From assembly GCA_026625185.1 (NCBI GenBank), contig CP113000.1, forward strand, positions 555,622 through 587,621: a stretch of DNA of 32,000 nucleotides, given 5' to 3'. A program made the position numbers and the translations under genes. Under the pieces are notes generated by a model. The model saw nothing but the letters and a program-made list of their open reading frames with translations. It searched no databases and was not told where the DNA came from. This document shows, piece after piece, positions 1 to 9,795 of this stretch. Origin of the DNA: Thermodesulfobacteriota bacterium (GTDB taxonomy: Bacteria > Desulfobacterota > WTBG01 > JAGOGO01). Numbering within the stretch: the stretch's first letter is position 1; every line of letters begins with the position of its first letter.

Positions 1-1181
1 TGAGTGCCGGTATAGGCAACACAGTTTTTGGGGAGGTTGTGGGGAATGTAAGGATTGAAGGGCAAATCGTCTCCAAAGGCAAAAAGAAGAATTTTCATGC
101 CCGGAAACTCAAAGTAATTCATAACCTCCCTGACATCCGGAGTAATGATCCCGAGATCCTCAGCGATAATCGGCAGGCGCGCAAATTTTCTCGTTAACCG
201 GGTAAAAAAATCCATTGCCGGAGCTTCCTCCCATCGCCCATTGACAGCGGTTTTTTCTTCCACCGGGATTTCCCAGTAACCTATAAAACCCCGGAAGTGA
301 TCGATGCGAATAAAATCAAATTTTTTTAAATTATAGGCAATTCTCTCAATCCACCAGCCATACCCATTCCGCTTAAGCACGTCCCATTTATAAATCGGAT
401 TACCCCAGCGCTGTCCCGTCTTACTAAAATAATCGGGAGGGACACCGGCAACAACCAAGGGCCGTTTGTTTTCGTCAAGTTTGAAAAATTCGGGATGGCT
501 CCACACATCGACGCTGTCGTGTTGGACATAAATGGGAATATCACCAATAACCTGAACGTTCTTTTGGTAACAATATTCTTTGAGAGCGCTCCACTGTTTG
601 GAAAAAATGTATTGGAGAAATTTTTCGCGATTAATGGTATCGATAAGTTCTTGTTGAGCTAATTGAAGAGCCGCAGGGTTTCTATCCCGCAGGTCTTGCG
701 GCCACTCACTCCATGCCCTTCCCTCAAAATGTAATTTGAGCGCTGCGAAAAGAGAAAAGTCATTGAGCCACCGACTCTCCTGCGCACAAAATCGTTCGTA
801 GTCATCATCACGTTTGGCTTTAAACCGTTCATAGGCTTTTTGAAAAAGGATTCCCTTAAAATCAATCACCCTTTGGTAGTCCACCGTATTTATCGGAAAA
901 TCCGGCAAAGGCTCAAATTCAATCTTATCGAGCAATTCTTCCTTGACTAAAAGCGAAGGGCTTATCAATAAAGGATTACCCGCAAAAGCTGAGGTGCTGT
1001 GATAAGGAGAATTATAGTATATTGGCTCAGTGGGATTGAGGGGAAGGATCTGCCAGAAACTTTGTTTTGCTTCAACCAGAAAGTCGACAAAACCATACGC
1101 TTCGGGCCCCAGGTCGCCAATCCCAAAGGGAGAAGGAAGAGATGTTAGGTGAAGAAGAATTCCACTTCCGCGTCGCTTCAC
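1..1181 (-). CDS. malQ: 4-alpha-glucanotransferase (amylomaltase, GH77); C-terminal part lies beyond the left window edge
   Basis: Absent from the ORF track because it runs off the edge. Reverse-strand translation from GTG at 1181 reads VKRRGSGILLHLTSLPSPFGIGDLGPEAYGFVDFLVEAKQSFWQILPLNPTEPI. At the window edge it reads PGMKILLFAFGDDLPFNPYIPHNLPKNCVAYTGTH. Both are classic MalQ blocks. The start lies about 30 nt after the stop of the upstream GH57 gene. Confidence 0.9.
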   Translation of the reverse strand, partial: MKRRGSGILLHLTSLPSPFGIGDLGPEAYGFVDFLVEAKQSFWQILPLNPTEPIYYNSPYHSTSAFAGNPLLISPSLLVKEELLDKIEFEPLPDFPINTVDYQRVIDFKGILFQKAYERFKAKRDDDYERFCAQESRWLNDFSLFAALKLHFEGRAWSEWPQDLRDRNPAALQLAQQELIDTINREKFLQYIFSKQWSALKEYCYQKNVQVIGDIPIYVQHDSVDVWSHPEFFKLDENKRPLVVAGVPPDYFSKTGQRWGNPIYKWDVLKRNGYGWWIERIAYNLKKFDFIRIDHFRGFIGYWEIPVEEKTAVNGRWEEAPAMDFFTRLTRKFARLPIIAEDLGIITPDVREVMNYFEFPGMKILLFAFGDDLPFNPYIPHNLPKNCVAYTGT

Positions 1182-1213
1182 GATGATTTTTTCCTCATAC
1201 CATTTTCACTCAC

Positions 1214-3637
1214 TCACTGTACCAAAAGCGTGAGCTTGTCGCACAAGGACCTAAAAATAATTACCCATTCTTGAACGCTCTTATCATGCTGTGCTTTTTC
1301 GCGCACTGTGGGATAAAGATTCTGAAGTAAATCATAAAAAAGATTTTGAATCTTCCACAGATCTACGGTAAAGGGCAACAAAGGCAACAGGTCCAAGCCA
1401 GTATCCAGTTTTTTAAGGAAAGAAACCTCAAGGGGGTTTTTAGAAAGCTGTTCGGCCATCTCGTCGAAGTTTTTCCTCAACGAATATTCCAGGGTTTCTG
1501 CATAAAGCGTTACCCCTTCTATCTTCGCTTCCTCAAGGAGATCCTTGATAGATTTCGGATTCAGGTCTTCATTCTCGAGAGCCTGACGAAGACCGGCATT
1601 TAAGACCAGCTCTGCCGCAGCATAAAGGGCCTTGGGAGCGGGGATGCCGGCATCTTTAAGAAAACGCATTAAAGGCACATGGTCTTCATAGAGTTCATGA
1701 TAATATGACTCAGCATCAGCTAACGTTGACCCCAAAATTGAGTCCAGAATTGCCCGCTGTTCATCCCGAAAAAGAGACCTCAAGGAATAGATTGAAATCC
1801 CTAAATATTTATCTAATACCCGAACCACCTCCGGTAAATTCCCGCGCTTAAAAGCATCGAATGCCTCTTGTACCAAAGCCTGATAGATGCCCTCTTCCTG
1901 GTATTCTCGCACCCCACAGCTTAAATTGTGATCCCCAAAGTGAATAACTCCAAAGGTCAGGCGGGTTTTTTCGCTGCTTATCTCAGACGTAATCCACACG
2001 TTGCCTATCACGAGCTTTGCTTTCCCCGCTTCCGAGGTTTGGTAATCCTCTTTTTCAGCAGTAAAACAATAAATGGTTACCTTTTCCGGGTAATCGTTAA
2101 AAAGGGAGCTGATGGCGTAATGAGCGCCGACTTTCTCCAGATTGACCACCGAAGGTTTTATAATTTTTTCATAGATGAGCCGACCATCTCCCCACTCGGG
2201 AAGATTGCTGGTGGCCTGAGATAATAAGGGGAGAAAACGGGGTTCCAAGTTATAACCAAAAAGTTCTTTTGCGAGTTGAAGCACCCGTGCCGCATAGTGA
2301 AGGTTTTGGAGAGTTTCGATTCCGGTGAGTTCATCAAAAAACCAGCCGCAGCTTGTGTACATCAGCATAGCGTGGTGCTGAAGTTCCAGGAGCTTACGCA
2401 CGGTAATCATTTCAGAATTATCCAGAAGATGAAGCGCGTGCCGGGTTAAGAAACTTTCGATGTTTTTCGGCGATCGGTCAAGTAGTATTTGAATGTAGTC
2501 ATTGCGAGCTTTCCAGGGATCTTTTAAGAGTGCGACCGCTTTTTTTTCAAAAGCGGTTTCCATAGCATCCCGAAGCCAGTCAAGGCTATCACGCAAAGGT
2601 GTCCTCCATGCCTGGCTCCATCCGGCATGTACGCCGGTGTTACACCCGCAGTTGCTTCGCCAGCGTTCTATTCCATGAGTACAGCTCCAAGAGGTGTTTT
2701 CATAAATTTCCACCTCAAAAAAAGGCGGGTACTTCTCCAAATACTCTCCATAGTTGGTAAGGCGGGCGATCTTTTTCGTCTCAATAAAGTTTAAAGCATA
2801 CGCTAACGCCATGTCACCGAAACGGTGGTGGTGACCATAGGTCTCCCCGTCGGTGGCGATGTGAACGATTTGTGGCCAGGTTCGCGATTCGGAAAAACCG
2901 TTCATGAGCCTCTGAATAAATGATTCTCCTTTACCAAGAAGGTGTTCAAAAGCAACCGCCCGGGATATTGGTCCATCGTAAAAGAAAAGAGAAATATCTC
3001 GACCGGAAGGCAAGCGAAGCTTATAGACCATTGTGGGATCAATTTTACTTCCCCCCACATCCTGCCATTTGGTTGACCCGATAGGTCGTATGCGTCGGGC
3101 CTGATGAGTGGCAAGGATGGTAAAGCGGATACCTTGTTGGGATAAGATGTCGAGTGTTTCCAGATCAACAGCGGTCTCCGGAAGCCACATTCCTTCCGGC
3201 TGTCGGTCAAAACGATACTCGAAGTCCCGAATGCCCCAGATGATCTGAGTATACTTATCCCGTCGGTTGGCAAGTGGAAGAATCATGTGGTTATAAGCCT
3301 GGGCTAAGGCAGAGCCGTGACCGGAATAATTTTTCTGACTTTCTTTATCTGCCTCTAAGAGAGCCTGGTACAAATCGGGAGCATTTTTTTCTATCCAGGA
3401 AATCAGAGTAGGACCAAAATTAAAGCTGATTTTGGAATAGTTATTGGCGATTTGAACAATTCGATTCTTTTCATCTAAGATTCGAGACCGGGCATTCGGT
3501 GCGTAACACTCAGCCGTCACTCTTTGGTTCCAGTCATGATAAGGATGGGCCGAATCCTGAACCTCAACTGTCTCTAACCAAGGATTCTCACGGGGCGGCT
3601 GATAGAAATGCCCATGGATGCAAATATATCGTTCCAT
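1214..3637 (-). CDS. GH57-family glycoside hydrolase with long C-terminal helical extension (GH57 + DUF3536-type architecture, recalled from memory)
   Basis: 807-aa ORF. The N-terminus ICIHGHFYQPPRENPW matches the GH57 HxHxYQP block. MWLPETAVD matches the nucleophile-Glu region and IATDGETYGHH the acid/base-Asp region, so the catalytic machinery appears intact. Exact specificity is not inferable. Confidence 0.85.
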   Translation of the reverse strand: MERYICIHGHFYQPPRENPWLETVEVQDSAHPYHDWNQRVTAECYAPNARSRILDEKNRIVQIANNYSKISFNFGPTLISWIEKNAPDLYQALLEADKESQKNYSGHGSALAQAYNHMILPLANRRDKYTQIIWGIRDFEYRFDRQPEGMWLPETAVDLETLDILSQQGIRFTILATHQARRIRPIGSTKWQDVGGSKIDPTMVYKLRLPSGRDISLFFYDGPISRAVAFEHLLGKGESFIQRLMNGFSESRTWPQIVHIATDGETYGHHHRFGDMALAYALNFIETKKIARLTNYGEYLEKYPPFFEVEIYENTSWSCTHGIERWRSNCGCNTGVHAGWSQAWRTPLRDSLDWLRDAMETAFEKKAVALLKDPWKARNDYIQILLDRSPKNIESFLTRHALHLLDNSEMITVRKLLELQHHAMLMYTSCGWFFDELTGIETLQNLHYAARVLQLAKELFGYNLEPRFLPLLSQATSNLPEWGDGRLIYEKIIKPSVVNLEKVGAHYAISSLFNDYPEKVTIYCFTAEKEDYQTSEAGKAKLVIGNVWITSEISSEKTRLTFGVIHFGDHNLSCGVREYQEEGIYQALVQEAFDAFKRGNLPEVVRVLDKYLGISIYSLRSLFRDEQRAILDSILGSTLADAESYYHELYEDHVPLMRFLKDAGIPAPKALYAAAELVLNAGLRQALENEDLNPKSIKDLLEEAKIEGVTLYAETLEYSLRKNFDEMAEQLSKNPLEVSFLKKLDTGLDLLPLLPFTVDLWKIQNLFYDLLQNLYPTVREKAQHDKSVQEWVIIFRSLCDKLTLLVQ

Positions 3638-3734
3638 GAATGCTAACCTTTATCGGCAAGAATTCTCAAAAAAGACTCAAACATTTGCGTTTACGCACAC
3701 GTGCCCGTCAACGCTCCGGGTTCAATTTTGCTCA

Positions 3735-5681
3735 TCAAAGCTGACTTTTATTCCGAAAGAATACAATACCGAGAGGAGGTAGCGTAAGGGTGAGTGAATA
3801 GGGCTGTCCGTGAACCGAGAGGGGTACAGCCTCTACACCGCCGCTGTTTCCCTGTCCGCTTCCGCCATATTCAAGCGCATCACTATTAAGCGCTTCTTGC
3901 CAAAAGCCTCCCCGGGGCGCTCCCACCTGATAGTTAAAACGGGGAACCGGAGTAAAATTGCAGAGAACCATTATGATGTCATCAGAAGAACGGCCTTGAC
4001 GCAACAGGCTCACCGTGCTGCTTTCACTGTCTTGACAGTCAATCCAGGTAAACCCGGCAGGATCAAAATCAAACTCATAAAGAGCTGATTCACTCCGGTA
4101 AAAGTGGTTTAAGTCTTTAACCCACAGACTTAACCCACTGTGAGGCCCATACTGTAAAAGGTGCCAATCAAGGCTTGCCTCGTGATACCACTCGTTCCAC
4201 TGCCCAAACTCCCCACCCATGAAAAGGAGTTTTTTCCCGGGCTGAGCGTACATATATCCAAAAAGGAGCCTGAGATTAGCAAACTTTTGCCAAGCATCAC
4301 CCGGCATCTTATTTAAAAGCGAGCCCTTACCGTGCACCACTTCATCATGGGAAAGGGGAAGAATAAAATTTTCATGAAAAGCATAGAGCATCCGGAAGGT
4401 GAGCTGGTTGTGATGATACTTTCGATGGATCGGCTCCTTGGTCATATACACTAACATGTCATGCATCCAGCCCATATCCCACTTCATGCCAAAACCAAGT
4501 CCTCCCACATAGGTTGGACGCGAAACCATGGGCCAGTCGGTTGATTCCTCCGCCATCGTCTGCACCTGAGGAAAATCCTTATACACCACTTCATTAAAAC
4601 GCCGTAAAAACCAAATTGCCTCGAGATTTTCCCTTCCCCCGTACTGGTTGGGAATCCATTCCCCTTTGTTTCGGGAGTAATCCAGGTAGAGCATGGACGC
4701 TACCGCGTCCACGCGAAGACCATCCGCATGATATTTCTCTAACCAGAAGAGGGCGCTGCTTAAAAGAAAACTTCGCACCTCATTGCGTCCGTAGTTAAAA
4801 ATGAAGCTTTCCCAGTCCGGGTGAAACCCTTTACGGGCGTCTGCATGTTCATAAAGGTGCGTCCCATCAAAGTAACCGAGACCATGCTCATCAGTGGGAA
4901 AATGTGAGGGCACCCAGTCCATGATCACCCCGATACCTTTTTGGTGTAAGCAGTCAATCAGATACATGAGGTCCTGGGGAGTGCCATAGCGGCTCGTGGG
5001 AGCAAAATATCCCGTGGTTTGGTAGCCCCAGGAGCCATAAAATGGATGTTCCATCACCGGGAGAAACTCCACATGGGTAAAACCCATCTGATTTACGTAT
5101 TCCGCAAGCAGCGGGGCGATTTCCCGGTAGGTAAGAGGACGATTTTCTTCTTCGGGCACGCGCATCCAGGACCCAAGATGCACCTCATAAATGGCCATGG
5201 GGACATCAGGCGCATTATGGCCTTGTCTTTTTTCCATCCACTCGTGGTCCTCCCACGTATAGTCTAAATCCCAGACAATAGAACCCGTTTTAGGAGAAAC
5301 TTCATGGTAGAGAGCAAACGGATCAGCCTTGTCCGCCTGATAGCCATGATACCTGGAGATGATATGATATTTGTAGGTCTCACCTTTTCCGATTCCGGGA
5401 ATAAATCCTTCCCAGATCCCCGACTGACCATAGGGCGCGAGGGGATGGGTTGATTTGTTCCAGTCATTAAAATCTCCCATGACAGAGACCTGCTCCGCAT
5501 CCGGCGCCCACACTGAAAAACAGGTTCCTTCTCTGCCATCTTTATTGAAAGGATGCGCTCCCATTTTCTCATAAAGCCGAAAATGGCTGCCCTCATTAAA
5601 GAGGTAGCGGTCATCATCAGAAAATATTCTGAAATCGTATGATACTTCTTTGTAAATTTTTTCTTTTACTTTTAGAGCCAT
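3735..5681 (-). CDS. glgB: 1,4-alpha-glucan branching enzyme (GH13)
   Basis: The ORF extends to 5756, but its first 25 codons overlap corA. The preferred start is the ATG at 5681 ([43 protein letters not shown]). GH13 blocks present: [39 protein letters not shown]. Confidence 0.93.
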   Translation of the reverse strand: MALKVKEKIYKEVSYDFRIFSDDDRYLFNEGSHFRLYEKMGAHPFNKDGREGTCFSVWAPDAEQVSVMGDFNDWNKSTHPLAPYGQSGIWEGFIPGIGKGETYKYHIISRYHGYQADKADPFALYHEVSPKTGSIVWDLDYTWEDHEWMEKRQGHNAPDVPMAIYEVHLGSWMRVPEEENRPLTYREIAPLLAEYVNQMGFTHVEFLPVMEHPFYGSWGYQTTGYFAPTSRYGTPQDLMYLIDCLHQKGIGVIMDWVPSHFPTDEHGLGYFDGTHLYEHADARKGFHPDWESFIFNYGRNEVRSFLLSSALFWLEKYHADGLRVDAVASMLYLDYSRNKGEWIPNQYGGRENLEAIWFLRRFNEVVYKDFPQVQTMAEESTDWPMVSRPTYVGGLGFGMKWDMGWMHDMLVYMTKEPIHRKYHHNQLTFRMLYAFHENFILPLSHDEVVHGKGSLLNKMPGDAWQKFANLRLLFGYMYAQPGKKLLFMGGEFGQWNEWYHEASLDWHLLQYGPHSGLSLWVKDLNHFYRSESALYEFDFDPAGFTWIDCQDSESSTVSLLRQGRSSDDIIMVLCNFTPVPRFNYQVGAPRGGFWQEALNSDALEYGGSGQGNSGGVEAVPLSVHGQPYSLTLTLPPLGIVFFRNKSQL

Positions 5682-6742
5682 TTTTTCTTCCGAAAATAGG
5701 TTAGCATTCCAAGCGCAACAAGGATGATTACCCCCCACACCATGAAATATCCCCACGGTTTTTCCAGCTCGGGCATATACTTAAAATTCATCCCATAAAC
5801 GCCGACAATAAACGTTAAGGGAATAAATATGGTGGCAATAACGGTTAATACCTTCATCACTTCATTCATCTTATTGCTCAAACTGGAAAGATAAATGTCG
5901 AGCATTCCGGAAACGATGTCTCGGAAGGTCTCAATTGAATCAATAATCTGAATGGTGTGATCATAAACATCGCGTAAAAAAACCATCATTGCGGATTGAA
6001 TCAGGGGTGATTCTCCCCTTTCCAGAATACTTACCACTTCTCGTAAAGGCCATACTGACTTGCGCAAAAAAATCAACTCCCTTTTTAATTTGTGGATTTC
6101 CTGGAGAGTTGTTGGTTTGGGATTGGCAACCAACGCTTCTTCAAGAAACTCAATCCGTTCTCCCAAAAGCTCCAAAACAAAAAAATAGTGATCAACAATA
6201 GCATCAATTAACGTGTAAGCGAGGTAATCTGCTCCCATCTTCCGATGTCGTCCGATGGTATTTCTTATCCGCTTCTGGATAAGATTAAAGATATCCCCCT
6301 CACCCTCATAGAAGGAGATGACAAAGGTTGCTCCGAGAACTATACTAACTTGCTCTATTCGTATCTCCTTTTTGTTGTCGTCATAACTGAGCGTTTTTAA
6401 AACTATAAAAATATGGGTCCCGTGGTCCTCCACTTTTGGCCGCTGGTCAGTGTTTAAAATATCTTCCTGCAGGAGAGGATGAAGACTAAATTGTTTCCCG
6501 ATTTTTTCAATAATCTCTACCTCATGAAGGCCATCAATATTTATCCAGGTTATCGTCGGACCACTTTTAAAGGAAAAACACTCCTCGATGTCTTTTACTT
6601 CCCTTTCCTCAAACCTGGCCTCATCATAGTCAATAACCTTTATCGTAACCTTTTCTTTTTTTTTCTCTCCAATATGAATCAGCGTCCCTGGAGAAAGGCC
6701 GGCTTTTTTTGATCTTCTTTTGTTAGAACCGGACATTACCAC
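5672..6742 (-). CDS. corA: CorA-family magnesium/cobalt transporter
   Basis: 356-aa ORF with the YGMNF signature followed by two C-terminal TM helices and a KKKW tail. The start is GTG at 6742 or ATG at 6736. Confidence 0.9.
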   Translation of the reverse strand: MVMSGSNKRRSKKAGLSPGTLIHIGEKKKEKVTIKVIDYDEARFEEREVKDIEECFSFKSGPTITWINIDGLHEVEIIEKIGKQFSLHPLLQEDILNTDQRPKVEDHGTHIFIVLKTLSYDDNKKEIRIEQVSIVLGATFVISFYEGEGDIFNLIQKRIRNTIGRHRKMGADYLAYTLIDAIVDHYFFVLELLGERIEFLEEALVANPKPTTLQEIHKLKRELIFLRKSVWPLREVVSILERGESPLIQSAMMVFLRDVYDHTIQIIDSIETFRDIVSGMLDIYLSSLSNKMNEVMKVLTVIATIFIPLTFIVGVYGMNFKYMPELEKPWGYFMVWGVIILVALGMLTYFRKKKWL

Positions 6743-6944
6743 GCTCTTATCTAAAAATATTTTTCTGGAGAATAAGTTTTTATTTGAATATTGATATGTT
6801 AGAAAAGAAAAACTGTCAAGCCCAGGGATGTCCCTTTATTTTTCTGATGTTATCAGATACAATTTTTATTGCATAGTGTTGGGCAATTTTTTTCCATGAG
6901 GCCAACGAACGCTTTAAGAATAACACTATTTATAAAGGAGTACA

Positions 6945-7571
6945 ATGAAAACCGGTGTTATTGTGACTGATATCCAAGGAGACTTTACGGAGCTTAAACA
7001 TGGTTTCCTGGCAGTCAAAGAAACTGATCAGTGCTTTATTGATAAAGTGCTGACAGCCACCAAGACCTTCAAAGAAAAAGGGTTCGCCCTTTTTGCCACC
7101 CAGGACTGGCATCCCAAGAACCATATTTCTTTTTACACCACCCATCCGGGCAAAAAAGCTTTTGAAGTCATTTCCCGCAATGGGAAAGAGCAGGTTCTTT
7201 GGCCTCCTCATTGTGTTCAGGGTTCTGAAGGAGCAAAAATATTACTTGACGGAAAATTGTTCGATGCCATTGTGCGCAAAGGCACGGAGGTTGAGTTTGA
7301 GAGCTATTCCGGTTTTCATGATGATGGAGGCAACCAGACCCTCCTACACCACATCCTCCAGGCAAAGCAAATCGAGCGCGTTATTATCTACGGCATTGCC
7401 ACCGACTACTGTGTGCGTGCCACCGCGCTGGATGCTTTAAAGCTTGGTTATCAGGTGGTGATGATTAAAGGCTTAAGCCGCGGGATCGGGCTGGAAACAG
7501 CGGAAAAAGCGATAGAGGAGTTACGCCGAGCGGGAGCAGAAATTCTGGAATCGATTGATTCTCTTTTTTGA
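6945..7571 (+). CDS. pncA: nicotinamidase/pyrazinamidase (isochorismatase family)
   Basis: 208 aa. Contains VTDIQGDF (Asp), DWHPKNHISF (metal-binding D/H/H), IVRKG (Lys) and ATDYCV (catalytic Cys). AAAGGAG ribosome-binding site upstream. Confidence 0.85.
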   Translation: MKTGVIVTDIQGDFTELKHGFLAVKETDQCFIDKVLTATKTFKEKGFALFATQDWHPKNHISFYTTHPGKKAFEVISRNGKEQVLWPPHCVQGSEGAKILLDGKLFDAIVRKGTEVEFESYSGFHDDGGNQTLLHHILQAKQIERVIIYGIATDYCVRATALDALKLGYQVVMIKGLSRGIGLETAEKAIEELRRAGAEILESIDSLF

Positions 7572-7728
7572 TGGGAGGAACGAAAAATTTTTCACCCCTA
7601 AGGCTTCACACCTCTCTGGTAAAGAGGACCCTATCCTCAACCCCCTCTTGAGAGACAGTCTCGTAATACATGTTTCGGTAACCGCAAGTTTTGCTTACGC
7701 TTTTCGGATATGTAATTTCGATATGTTA

Positions 7729-7762
7729 CGCAGCCTAAAGGCTGCGGCTCCCCCCGGTTTTT
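7729..7762 (+). terminator. GC-rich hairpin (cgcagcc-taaa-ggctgcg) followed at a distance by a short T run; possible pncA terminator
   Basis: 7-bp perfect stem at 7729-7746. The ggttttt run does not start until about 12 nt after the stem, so this is not a textbook intrinsic terminator. Confidence 0.3.
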
Positions 7763-7908
7763 GAATTGTAACACCGTCTCTTGAGTTAACCGTTAATCAA
7801 AAAGGTACGAAGGTGTATGTTTGAGATTGTGGGGGGGATGATAATAGTAATGTGTTTTTGGGGAGGACGGAAATCCCGAAAACGTGATCCTTTACAATGA
7901 GGGGTGTT

Positions 7909-7929
7909 GCATGGATATGCGTTTTTTTT
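7909..7929 (+). terminator. short hairpin plus T8 run (candidate plus-strand terminator in an otherwise gene-free gap)
   Basis: gcat-ggat-atgc followed by g and 8 T (7922-7929). The stem is only 4 bp, so this is weak. Confidence 0.25.
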
Positions 7930-7989
7930 AAAAAACTTTCCTTATCCTCATTTGATTATTAAAAACATAAAGATAGAACTGTATAGCGA

Positions 7990-8496
7990 TTACGCCCAGA
8001 CTATTTCTTTTTTTTGGGTGATGGTAACTTCTTTTGTGGGATATAAGTCTTCTACAAGCTCGTTCGGTTGAAACCAAAGTTTTATTTCGTGCTCGGCATT
8101 TTCCATGCTGGAAGATGCATGGACAACATTTTCAAAAACGCCTGCAGTAGTAATTCTTCCGTAGGCACCGCGAATTGAAACCGGATTTGCGTTTTCTGGG
8201 TTTGTATCTCCCACAATATCGCGGATCTTTTTTATCGCATTCTCGCCCTGATAAACAAAAGCAACCACTCTGTTTGTCTGGTGCAGCTCCCCCATAAGGT
8301 ACCGAATAAGTTCGTTAAAAAACGGTTTGTCCTTCAGATGTTCATAATGCTTTTCAGCAAGTTCTTTGCTTACGCGTACGACCTTTGCTCCTACTATAAT
8401 AAGCTTTGTTCTTGATAATCCGGTAAGTATATTGCCCGTAAGTGACTTTAGCAGACCGTCAGGTTTAATCAGCAATAAAGTCTGTTCAATTGACAT
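7990..8496 (-). CDS. ndk: nucleoside diphosphate kinase (divergent, extended)
   Basis: 168 aa. Contains EQTLLLIKPDG, the GDTNP..ANP.SIRGAYG block and the active-site block NVVHASSS (HAS instead of the usual HGS). It is longer than a typical Ndk through an internal insertion and a C-terminal tail. Confidence 0.85.
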   Translation of the reverse strand: MSIEQTLLLIKPDGLLKSLTGNILTGLSRTKLIIVGAKVVRVSKELAEKHYEHLKDKPFFNELIRYLMGELHQTNRVVAFVYQGENAIKKIRDIVGDTNPENANPVSIRGAYGRITTAGVFENVVHASSSMENAEHEIKLWFQPNELVEDLYPTKEVTITQKKEIVWA

Positions 8497-8635
8497 GTTA
8501 TCCTCATTTAAAAATATAAAATAAAATTATAGGGCATTGATTGTTTCGTTCGATAAAGCAGCCTGGCCAATTCCACCTTTTGAATATTTACAGCACCGAA
8601 AACTCAGACCGGCATAACCAGTTTTGTAAGCAAAT

Positions 8636-8670
8636 TCACCTACCCACCGGTTCAGCTGATGGGTAGGTGA
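8636..8670 (-). promoter_or_regulatory. perfect 11-bp inverted repeat (tcacctaccca / tgggtaggtga, 13-nt loop) in the adk-ndk spacer
   Basis: Read directly from the sequence. No T run follows it on the minus strand, so it is not a canonical terminator. It may be an RNA stability or processing hairpin, or an operator. Confidence 0.4.
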
Positions 8671-8733
8671 GTTATCCACAGATAATGCAAGCGTATCCAG
8701 CGGGTATCAGGGCATAACAAGCCGCTCTTTCTT

Positions 8734-9381
8734 TTATTTTTCTAAAGCCTTCGTAATATCTTCTACGATTTCCTTCAGATCCAAAGAGGTAACGTCTTTA
8801 ACCATCCCTTCCTTGCGATAAAAATCGATAAGAGGGGCGGTCTTCTCTGTGTAGACTTCCAGTCGGTTCAGAATCGCTTCCTCGGTCTCATCATCCCGCT
8901 GAATCGTGGGCTTTCCGCATTTTTTGCAGGTTCCGTCCGCATTGGGGGGATTGGTCTTGACGTTGTAAATCTCCTGGCAGGAACTATTGGAACAGGTCCG
9001 GCGGGTGGTAAGCCGGTCCAGAATAACCTCCCTCGGAACAACCAGATTAGCTACCATGTCAAGTTTAATGGCCAGTTTTCCCAGGAGTGCTTTAAGTTCC
9101 TCGGACTGAGGAATGGTGCGGGGGAAGCCGTCCAGAATGAAACCTTTGGCACAGTCAGGCTCCTGGAGCCGCGCTTCCATAATTTGCATGATGATTGAGT
9201 CCGGGACAAGCCCGCCGGCATCCATATAGGCTTTGGCTTGTTTGCCGACCGGGGTTCCCGCTTTCACGGCCACGCGGAGTATATCACCGGTTGAAATCTG
9301 CACCGATCCGTCGTAATCAGTAAGAAGTTTCGCAACAGTGCCTTTTCCTGCTCCCGGGGCACCCAACAGTATAACCTTCAT
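8734..9381 (-). CDS. adk: adenylate kinase with four-Cys (zinc-type) LID
   Basis: 215 aa. GAPGAGKGT P-loop; LID CSNSSC...CKKCGKPTIQRDDD. AAGGAGG ribosome-binding site upstream. Confidence 0.95.
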   Translation of the reverse strand: MKVILLGAPGAGKGTVAKLLTDYDGSVQISTGDILRVAVKAGTPVGKQAKAYMDAGGLVPDSIIMQIMEARLQEPDCAKGFILDGFPRTIPQSEELKALLGKLAIKLDMVANLVVPREVILDRLTTRRTCSNSSCQEIYNVKTNPPNADGTCKKCGKPTIQRDDETEEAILNRLEVYTEKTAPLIDFYRKEGMVKDVTSLDLKEIVEDITKALEK

Positions 9382-9795
9382 AACAACCTCCTTGTAAAAA
9401 TTATGAGCTTTTCCATAGTCAACGTGAAAAAAAGAATATAAATAAAATGGACTGACGGGTCAAGTAAGAAAAAAAAGAAGCCGGTTTTTAATTTGCAACC
9501 TACCGGATTTTATATAGTTTCCTGATTGTCCGGATTCGGACCGGAATGTGAAATAAAGACAAAACATGCTCCTGTGCATTTATTTTTCACTTGACTTTTA
9601 ACATTGTTTAGGATAAAGGATCATGCTGCCATAATGGGTTAGAAAAATTGGCCTTTTATATGGGGGTTAACTGCAGTAGTGTATCTATCTACCCAGCACG
9701 CATATAATTCCCACTTAGCTTTCTGGTTAAAAAGCCGCCCCCGAGACTGTTTAATTACATTTATTCCAATTATTCTTAATGCTAAGGAGAACACT

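Noticed and set aside
5682-5756. N-terminal 25-codon extension of the glgB ORF
   Set aside because: It would overlap corA by 85 nt. The internal ATG 5681 gives a typical GlgB N-terminus.
7555-7764. 69-aa ORF in the pncA-ndk gap
   Set aside because: It overlaps the pncA 3' end, has no ribosome-binding site and no recognisable motif, and runs through the GC hairpin. I treat it as non-coding.
9679-9795. N-terminal 39-codon extension of the pckG ORF from GTG 9679
   Set aside because: The extension has no similarity to PEPCK N-termini. ATG 9796 has a well-placed AAGGAG ribosome-binding site.
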